Part shown: piece after piece, positions 21,176-28,580 of the stretch | How positions within the stretch are numbered: the first letter of the stretch is position 1 | How the letters are laid out: every line of letters begins with the position of its first letter | Assembly: GCA_965197905.1 (NCBI GenBank) | Contig: CBDAOB010000005.1 | Coordinates: 736,001 to 800,000 of the forward strand | Direction: 5' to 3' | Source: Candidatus Latescibacterota bacterium | GTDB taxonomy: Bacteria; Latescibacterota; UBA2968; UBA8231 | DNA length: 64,000 nt | Notes under the pieces: model-generated | What the model saw: the letters and a program-made list of their open reading frames with translations, nothing else | What the model was told of the DNA's origin: nothing | Databases searched by the model: none | Program-made: the position numbers and the translations under genes

Positions 21176-22288
21176 ATGAAAATCGAACGCATCGAAGTTC
21201 GCTCGGTGGGGCCTCCGACTGAACAGTTCACCTGGTCAGACGATCTGCCGGCCCAGTACGCCACCAACACCGTGCTGCGGCTGTATACGGATGAAGGGTT
21301 GGAAGCGGTTTCCGGAGTATGGAACGCCACGTCGTACGGCTACGAGAAGTACACCGCCGAAGCCATCCGCCACATCACGCCCATTCTCATCGGCCGCGAT
21401 CCGCTGCAGCGGGAGGCGTTGTGGCACGATATCAGGCCCAGGGTCTTCCCGGTGCCGCCCCAGGCCCTGGCCTCCATCGACATCGCCCTGTGGGATTTGG
21501 CCGGAAAAGTGGCGGGGCTGCCTATCTATCAAATTCTGGGCGCCAGGCGAGAGCGCATCCGCTCCTATGCCAGCACCCCCATGCTGGAGGATATACCCGC
21601 CTACTTGGAGTTCGTCGCGGGGCTGTTGGCCCAGGGTTATACAGCGGTCAAGTTCCACACCTGGTGCGTCCCTGACAAGGACCTCGAGCTTTCCAGGGCG
21701 GTGGCCAGGGAGTTCGACACCGGGGCCATCGATTTCATGCTGGACGCGGAGAACAACTACGATCGGGCCAGTGCGCTGAGAGTTGCCCGTGAGATTGAGG
21801 AACTGGGATTCACCTGGTTTGAAGCCCCCCTGCCCGACTGGGACCTGGACGGCTACCGGGAGCTGACGCGAGCCACCTCCATACCGGTGTTGCCCTCGGG
21901 CAACTGGTACATGGACCTGATGACCTTCAACGAGGCGATCAAGACCCACACTTGGAGGTCCGCCCGCACCGACGTCCACATGATGGGCGGGATCACCCAA
22001 ACGCAAAAGGCGATGGCGCTGACGGAAGTGGCTGGCATCAACTGCGAACTGATGTCCTGGGGATACAGCCTGAACTCAGCCGCCAATCTCCAGGTGATGC
22101 TGGCCCACGACCATTGTTCGTTCTACGAACACTCGGTGCCCCAAGAACCGTACGAGTACGGCATGCACGACGTCATTCGCTCGGATGCCAACGGATACGT
22201 GCGCGCCCCCACCAAACCCGGCCTGGGCTTGGACGTGGATTGGGAGCGGATGGAAGCGGCTACCTTCCACCAGTTCACCATCAAATAG
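21176..22288 (+). CDS. Mandelate racemase/muconate lactonizing enzyme family protein
   Basis: AAGGAG RBS; 'MKIERIE', 'IDIALWDLAGK', 'WFEAP', 'PTKPGLG'. Confidence 0.9.
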   Translation: MKIERIEVRSVGPPTEQFTWSDDLPAQYATNTVLRLYTDEGLEAVSGVWNATSYGYEKYTAEAIRHITPILIGRDPLQREALWHDIRPRVFPVPPQALASIDIALWDLAGKVAGLPIYQILGARRERIRSYASTPMLEDIPAYLEFVAGLLAQGYTAVKFHTWCVPDKDLELSRAVAREFDTGAIDFMLDAENNYDRASALRVAREIEELGFTWFEAPLPDWDLDGYRELTRATSIPVLPSGNWYMDLMTFNEAIKTHTWRSARTDVHMMGGITQTQKAMALTEVAGINCELMSWGYSLNSAANLQVMLAHDHCSFYEHSVPQEPYEYGMHDVIRSDANGYVRAPTKPGLGLDVDWERMEAATFHQFTIK

Positions 22289-22314
22289 CGCTATTGGGCA
22301 AGGGCTTAGCGCTA

Positions 22315-23157
22315 CTAACGCAAGAGCAGCATCTTGCGCGTTGACATCCGCGCACCTGATTCCAGGCGATACATATATACGCCAGAAGCCAAGTATCTCC
22401 CCGCTTCATCTTGTCCATCCCAGCTCACCGCGTACGCCCCGGCCGCCGCGAAATGTCCCAACAATTCGCGGACTCGGTGTCCATCTGTGTTGTAGATCCG
22501 CAGAGACACTGGCCCGCGCTCAACCAGGACGAAGCGGATGGTCGTAGCCGCGTTGAAGGGGTTGGGATAGTTCGCCTCCAACGCAAAGCGATCCGGCTGC
22601 GCTTCACGTGCTGTCACGTCGGTTGTAGACTCCGCTGCCTGTCCCTGTGCAACCGCAAGGTCTGACAACGCTTTTTCGATAGCTGCCGTGATACCCTTCA
22701 CGTCCGCTTGATCCGACAGACCGGTGGAGCGAAAGCGGATAAACCCCTCGTGGTCGACGACCACAAAATTGGTTTGTTGCAGCCCGTACAATCTTATCAG
22801 CGACCTCGCCTTCATCAGTAGCGGGAAGGTTACGAACGTTGTCCTGCGAAACTCGAATTCTACCTGCCGGGGGGATCCATCCCATACATCGACGCCAATG
22901 GTGATGAAAGGTCGGTTTTTGTATTCCTGCCAGATCTTTTCAATCTTCGCGGCCTCCGCGATACAGAAGTGTCAGGCGTAGCCAAAGATGTCTATCAAGA
23001 CCACTTTGCCCCTGAAGTCGCTCAGGGACACCTGGCCTCCGCCCAACTGCTGCAGCGTAAAATCAGGCGCAGGATCGCCCTTCCGCAGCTCACCTTGCGA
23101 AGCGTTCGGCCACACCAGACCGAGAATCAGTAGCCATGAATAGATGGATCGGGGCAT
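22315..23157 (-). CDS. Putative secreted selenoprotein: AhpC/TSA (thioredoxin-fold) domain with UxxC plus FlgD-Ig/T9SS-like C-terminal domain
   Basis: ORFs 22972..23157 and 22315..22815 are in one frame, separated only by TGA 22974-22972 in 'VVLIDIFGYA-U-HF-C'. Signal peptide, 'GDPAPDFTL' and 'NYPNPFN...GVYMYRL...RKMLLLR'. Confidence 0.85.
22947..22961 (-). promoter_or_regulatory. Candidate bacterial SECIS hairpin
   Basis: UCGCGG-AGG-CCGCGA perfect 6-bp stem at +11..+25 after the UGA, with a G-containing apical loop. Confidence 0.6.
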
Positions 23158-23347
23158 ACTCCAACACCAGGTGAGACAGTAGATAGGAGAGATTATTTAG
23201 TACGGGGGCGTGTGACCATCCGCGCACCCGTACGAGAATGATACACCATTAGATCGCTTCTACAGCTAAATGGTTTCGTCCCACATGGAAAGCAGTGGCC
23301 TGAAGGTGCACTCGTCCGCAACGGGTCGGCGGTGGAGCGAATAGAGC

Positions 23348-24463
23348 CTAGCGCGACCAGCTCTGTCCGGGAAAGGGGGCTCGCAAGTCGTAGGCTCCTT
23401 CCTGTATCACGGGCAAGGTGCCGTCTTCTACCATCATATCGAGGGGACTTTGGCGCGTTCGGAGGGGCATGGCAACCACGTTCTTTATGCGCAGGGATTC
23501 GTAGATCGCCATCATGATCTCCATCGTGTACCGCGCCTGGCGGCCCGTGCTGCGGTGCTCAGCGACGCTGCCCTCCATCCAGTGGATCAACTCCTTGAGC
23601 TGGTCGGTCTGCAACGGTTCTGGGGTGATCTCCTGCCAACCGCTGCGGTGGTCCTGGTGCAGCAGGACGTGACCATCCGGGCGCAGCGCGATCTTCCCGT
23701 CACTGCCAATGACGCCGCTGAGGTCGCGGCTGGTTGCCCAACCGGGATTGCCAGCCACCGCAGGGGCCGGGGGCAGCATCATGCCCGGCTCGGGCAAGTC
23801 CTGTTCGTAGACGCCACGGATGCCGCCGGCGAAACAAACGATTCCAGCGCAAAGGTCCTCGCAGTAGCTGCGGCGTTCCCACCGATCGGTGAAACGCGCC
23901 GTCTGGGCGATGACCCAGAGAGTCTCCGGATCCGACAGCGAATAGCGCCAGGAATCGATCGCGTGGGTGCCTGAGTTCAGCAGTCCGGAAACTGGTCGGG
24001 CGCGGTGGTACACGAGAAGCGGCTGGCCGATGGCGCCGTCGGCCACGAGCCGGCGCACCTCATTGAGGGTGGGACAGAAGCGGTTCATGTGGCCTATGAC
24101 CAGCTTGACCTGGTGGGCGTCACAGGCGGCAATCATGTCGTCGGCCTCGCCCAGAGAGGCCGCCACCGGTTTTTCGCACAGGATCGCTTTGACACCCGCT
24201 TCGGCAGCCGCGACGGTGGGTTCCTTGTGAGCGCATTGCCAGGTGGTAATGCTGACAATATCCAGATCCTGTTCAGCCAGCATGTGGTGATAGTCGCTGT
24301 ACGCGGCAGGAACCGAAAACTCCTCGGCGAGCCCATTCAGCGGCTTTTGGTTGACGTCCATCGCAGCGACGACGTCAGTGGCGGGGTTCTCGGCGTAAGC
24401 GCGCAGGTGGGAACGTCCCATCGTGCCGCAGCCTATGATACCGACCCGGTAGGTATCGGTCAT
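23348..24463 (-). CDS. Gfo/Idh/MocA oxidoreductase
   Basis: 'VGIIGCG', 'ILCEKP', 'GTHAID'; AAGGAGGTGA RBS. Confidence 0.9.
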   Translation of the reverse strand: MTDTYRVGIIGCGTMGRSHLRAYAENPATDVVAAMDVNQKPLNGLAEEFSVPAAYSDYHHMLAEQDLDIVSITTWQCAHKEPTVAAAEAGVKAILCEKPVAASLGEADDMIAACDAHQVKLVIGHMNRFCPTLNEVRRLVADGAIGQPLLVYHRARPVSGLLNSGTHAIDSWRYSLSDPETLWVIAQTARFTDRWERRSYCEDLCAGIVCFAGGIRGVYEQDLPEPGMMLPPAPAVAGNPGWATSRDLSGVIGSDGKIALRPDGHVLLHQDHRSGWQEITPEPLQTDQLKELIHWMEGSVAEHRSTGRQARYTMEIMMAIYESLRIKNVVAMPLRTRQSPLDMMVEDGTLPVIQEGAYDLRAPFPGQSWSR

Positions 24464-24478
24464 GGTTTGGTCACCTCC

Positions 24479-25111
24479 TTACGAGCCGTCGTCCGCGACC
24501 CGCAGCGCAAGGTCGTTCCAGACGCCACCCATCTCATAAACGGCATTGAAGGTGCTGCAGATTTCATCCATCAGGTGGACGCGTGAGGTGCCCTCGGCCG
24601 CGCCGTCGCCGAGGTTCTTCTTGAGCTCTTCTGCCCGCTGCGCACTGGCTGCGGCAGCCGTCGCTGTGGCTCGTGCCAATTCCGCAAAATGGTCTACCAT
24701 TTCCTCCAGAGGGGTCTCCATGTCGGTGGTGACATTGAAGTGGTGGGGAGGGGGAAAGCGGGGAGCATGGCGCTCGCCATCGGGATCTCTGCCAGTGTGG
24801 GTGGGATAGATGTGTGGGGTGACGGAGAGATACATGATCACCTCCTCATCTCCCAGAGCGCGGAGCGTGTGCGATTCATGGGCGAGGGCAACGATCATCT
24901 GGCCGGGCCCAACCTCGGCCTCCTCGCCGCCGATTTCGAACAGACAGCGACCCTGAAGCACTATGAAGATCTCGTGACCCAGATCGTGACTGTGATATTG
25001 GCCACCTCCTGGCCCGGGAGCGAGGCGCATCAAACGGGAGCGGATCTGCGGCGTAACCAGAAAATTGTTCAGGTCCTCTTCTCTTCTGAAGTCGTAGACT
25101 TTAAGTCCCAT
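24479..25111 (-). CDS. Cupin domain protein with a helical C-terminal extension
   Basis: 'HSHDLGHEIF...G...H' cupin motif; GGAGGA RBS before ATG 25111. Confidence 0.8.
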   Translation of the reverse strand: MGLKVYDFRREEDLNNFLVTPQIRSRLMRLAPGPGGGQYHSHDLGHEIFIVLQGRCLFEIGGEEAEVGPGQMIVALAHESHTLRALGDEEVIMYLSVTPHIYPTHTGRDPDGERHAPRFPPPHHFNVTTDMETPLEEMVDHFAELARATATAAAASAQRAEELKKNLGDGAAEGTSRVHLMDEICSTFNAVYEMGGVWNDLALRVADDGS

Positions 25112-25157
25112 GGTCTTTCCTCCTGCGTCGATAACGATGGCCTCGTCGTAGCACGCT

Positions 25158-26001
25158 TCACCTTTTGTTAATGTCTGCCAGAATTTCAGGGCCTCGTTCA
25201 CCGGAAGATCTCTCGCGGGCTGTGCGCTCGAGATATTCTCGGGTTCTGCCCGTGAGAACGCCGTAGAATCGGCGCGCTTCCCCGTCGGGATGGTCGCGCC
25301 ACAGAGATGCGGGGATCATGGATGAGCTCGAACCCTCGAGGTCCCTGCGGTGGCGATGGCCGTAGCAGATCTGTACGGATTTGCGTTCGGACTGCGTTGG
25401 ACGCACGGAAACGGAGTGCAGAACCGAGACGTTGAGCAGCGTCGCCGTACCGGCGGTCCCGTAGAGTTCGCGGATCCCGCCGCGCTCGAGCTGAGCTTCC
25501 TTATCCAGGATTTCCTGATCGACCGATTCGGGCGAAACGGCGAGGCTGTGGGTCGTAGCGTCTACGTCAGCCAGGTAGATTATCAGCATGATCAGGCCGA
25601 TGCGCAACGGATGTTCCGGCCACATGAACCGTTCCCCGCCGTTGCGATGCCAGCGGTGCCCTACCGGCCCTTCCCACGAGGTTAGCCCGGGAATCGACTC
25701 ACCTGCGTACGGCCCCATGTGCCGCAGGCAGATTTCCGAGAAACAGAGTTCGTCGCCCATCAAGGCCTGGAGCGGCTCCATGACCATCGGGTGGCGAACT
25801 ATGTCATTAAACTCGGGCGTTGTAAGGAGCGCGTCGCCGTAAATCGTTTTGCCAGATCCCGGTATCCTTCCAGAAATTGCCCCGGTCCCGTCGTTCCTGG
25901 TCGAAAAGTTGCGTAAAGTGGGTCACCTCATCGTCGCTAAAGATCTTTCCCAACGACAGGTAGCCGTTGCTCCTGAAGAAATCGTAATCCTCTTGCCTCA
26001 T
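25158..26001 (-). pseudogene. PhyH (phytanoyl-CoA dioxygenase-like) protein, frameshifted at a T4 run at 25847-25850
   Basis: 'FFRSNGYL' N-half joins 'YLADVD...SPES...GTATL...H' after removing one A (WQ-TIYGDALLTTPEF...). Confidence 0.75.
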
Positions 26002-26098
26002 TGCGTGCCTTCCCTTCGTCAGGCGTCCGGCCTGTCGCAGCCTCTTGGGGAATTCGCTGAGCGTTGTGACTGCAGAGCAGGTAAGGTAGCCATCGGCA

Positions 26099-26917
26099 CT
26101 ACGAGTTCGCCTTGAATTTCACCAGCTCTTCGGGCATGTGTCCCTGGTGCGCCAGCACCTGCTCGAGATGAGTCTGTCGCCGCGGTCCGGCCGTGGCCAG
26201 CATGATTTCGTCGTACATGCTGTCGATGCCGTAGCGAACGTGAGCAGTGATACAATCCTTCAGTATGCTAATGTGCTCGTCGGGAACGCGTTCGCAGCAG
26301 TTGATCGTGAACATGCGACGTCGGGTGCCGCCGCCGAAGGACGCGTGCTTGAGGCTGTGAATGAAGACCACGACGTCGCCCGGCTCGGTTTCTACCGCCA
26401 GCGACGGTAGGTCTGGCCCTTCTACCCCCCACTTTTCGGACGACTGCTTGATCTCCTCGTGCAGCTGCGAGGAATAGACATCTTCGAGTCGGTGGCTTCC
26501 CGGAATCAGACGCAGGCAGCCGGAGTTCCGCTTTACGGAGTCGAGGTAGAAGGCGACTTTCACGAATCTCACCTCACTGATCCAGCGGTCTGAATGCCAT
26601 GGCGTGTCACCGACGAAGAAATTGCCGTCCGAGCCGACATAGTTGAAGCCCTCGCCAACCAGGCCTTCCACGAGTCCTTCAATCCGGGGGTCTTCCAGTA
26701 GCGCGCACAGACGCTCGTGCTGGTCGATAAACGGTATAATCGACGAGCGCTTGCCGCCGGAGTGCCATTCGCCGTTGTTACTGGGCCGACGCGTCCAGAC
26801 TTGCTCGAAGGCATCGATGATTTCGCCGACGCTGTCGCGCATCAGACCGGGTAGGGCGATAAAACCGAAGGTTTCGAAGAAGGATTTCTGGTGCGGAGAG
26901 AGCCGAAAGCGGTCCAT
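26099..26917 (-). CDS. PhyH family Fe(II)/2-oxoglutarate dioxygenase
   Basis: 'FFETFGF', 'WHSD', 'LRLIPGSH', 'PGDVVVF...HAS', 'RRMF'. Confidence 0.9.
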   Translation of the reverse strand: MDRFRLSPHQKSFFETFGFIALPGLMRDSVGEIIDAFEQVWTRRPSNNGEWHSGGKRSSIIPFIDQHERLCALLEDPRIEGLVEGLVGEGFNYVGSDGNFFVGDTPWHSDRWISEVRFVKVAFYLDSVKRNSGCLRLIPGSHRLEDVYSSQLHEEIKQSSEKWGVEGPDLPSLAVETEPGDVVVFIHSLKHASFGGGTRRRMFTINCCERVPDEHISILKDCITAHVRYGIDSMYDEIMLATAGPRRQTHLEQVLAHQGHMPEELVKFKANS

Positions 26918-27005
26918 TATCCACCGTCCTCTTCTGGTGAGTCTGAGGCGTCAGCTAGCCTGATCTCGTGTTGCGCGGATCGTATCAGAGGGTATGCGTG
27001 GTAAC

Positions 27006-27215
27006 TCAATCCCACAAGTCGCCGCCGGCCCCAAGCCCATCAGGTCCTGCTGGGCCGTTCCGCGTACCAGCTGTCGGGATCATCTGGATCCGTTTCTGCA
27101 AATGCCACAAGGCGCGGGCGTTGTCTTCGGTCTGCTCGCGGGAGATCACCTGGAGGGCAATGACGTAGCCATTTTCGTCGAAGAATTCCAGATCTCTGCT
27201 ACTGAGTACGGTCAT
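27006..27215 (-). pseudogene. Truncated 5' fragment of a PhyH gene (paralog of the gene starting at 34603)
   Basis: 'DLEFFDENGYVIA.QVISREQ.ED.ARALW' nearly matches the 34603 gene; similarity is lost after about 60 codons. Confidence 0.75.
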
Positions 27216-27269
27216 TGACAGTTCGCGCAGGTTATACCTTGCTCTACAAAAATTAACGTTCTAGACAGA

Positions 27270-27299
27270 ATAATAACGCAAGCGTTTGATTCGAGACAA
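27270..27299 (-). promoter_or_regulatory. Putative sigma70-type promoter TTGTCT-N18-TATTAT
   Basis: Both hexamers and the spacer length are conserved in the paralogous region 34646..34675, while the spacer sequence differs. Confidence 0.5.
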
Positions 27300-27544
27300 G
27301 ATCTCGGCAAATAACGTCTGGTCTATCCGCCACTTCAGCCATTTGAAAGGGGGGGCGGTACCGACCTTGCCGGCAGCACCCGCTATGAGTACTCGTTTCC
27401 TGGCCACCTCACACTCTGAATTGGAGGTACTACCTTGCCGCTATTGGCGATAATGCCACTCATTCGCCCCATCCTCCGCTGAATCCTATGCGGTAACGCA
27501 GTTCGCGCAGACGACAGATAGCCGCCCACCCTGGGAGCAGCCTC

Positions 27545-28153
27545 ATGAACGAACTGTTGCCGGGTCTGCGCCACTGGCGCACCCACAATCCAGACATCGA
27601 CTACGACGTCGATTGCTACTGGGCCACGTCCGCAGGTGTCAGTTACGTCCTCGATCCGCTCGCTCCCAAGGAGGGATTGGCGGTGTTCGATGGCGAGGAG
27701 GCCCCCCAATACGTCTACATGACCAACCGGCTGCACGATCGCAGCTGCGCGGAATTCGCCGAGCGGTTCGGCGCCCCTATCTGGTGCCCGCGCCCGGGCC
27801 TGCACGAGTACGCCGACGGCAGCCTCGAGGTCAGGCCGTACGACGCCGGCGACCTGCACGGCGGCGTCCGTGCCATCGACATCGGCGTCATCTGTCCGGA
27901 CGAGATGGCCCTGGTGTTGCCGTTCGATACCGGTGTCCTGGCTATAGCCGACAGCTTCATCCGATACGGCGACGACATCGGATTCGTGCCGGATTACCTG
28001 ATGGGGGACGACCCCGAGCGGATCAAGCGCCGCACCAAAGCCCGTTTCCTCGAAGTGTGTGACGACGTCGACTTCGATCACCTGCTCTTCGCGCACGGCA
28101 CTCCTTTGATCGGCGGCGGGCGAGAAGCGCTGCGAGCCTTCTGTGCAAGTTGA
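27545..28153 (+). CDS. Metallo-beta-lactamase-fold hypothetical protein
   Basis: 'VLDP', 'TNRLHDR', 'IADS', 'LLFAHG'; GGGAG RBS. Confidence 0.75.
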   Translation: MNELLPGLRHWRTHNPDIDYDVDCYWATSAGVSYVLDPLAPKEGLAVFDGEEAPQYVYMTNRLHDRSCAEFAERFGAPIWCPRPGLHEYADGSLEVRPYDAGDLHGGVRAIDIGVICPDEMALVLPFDTGVLAIADSFIRYGDDIGFVPDYLMGDDPERIKRRTKARFLEVCDDVDFDHLLFAHGTPLIGGGREALRAFCAS

Positions 28154-28173
28154 GTCGGTGGGGACCGATCAGT

Positions 28174-28453
28174 TGTACCATCGCCCGAGATGATACCTGA
28201 ATAGCCGTGGATATCCGGTTCATCCGTCAACTGAATCATGTCGCCGTCAGGAGATCCGACTCGATAATAGTTGACTGCGCCAGATCGGTAGGATGCCACG
28301 ACTACCGACTGCTCGTCCGGAGTGAAAGATGAAGTGAGAAAGTAGAGATTGTGATGGATGGTCGGTTAACTGAACAATATGCGCGCCCGTCTGACTATCT
28401 CGAAACGATCGCGATTCCGATGGAAAGATTTTACCCTTGGAATAACTGGTCAT
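28174..28453 (-). pseudogene. 5' remnant of an oligogalacturonate-lyase/TolB-like propeller gene
   Basis: 'FRDSQTGAHIVQLTDHP', a frameshift near 28352, then 'HNLYFLTSSFTPDE...IQLTD'; ends against the convergent MBL-fold gene. Confidence 0.65.
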
Positions 28454-28580
28454 ATCGCTTCCCCTTGCTCAAGAGAGTATCCTTCCATAGAGTACAACCA
28501 ACTGATCGGTTGGCTACCGACTCGCGATTCCGCGCTGTCGATCGCCCGCAGATTGCCCATCCCAAGACAGGCAGTTTTCC

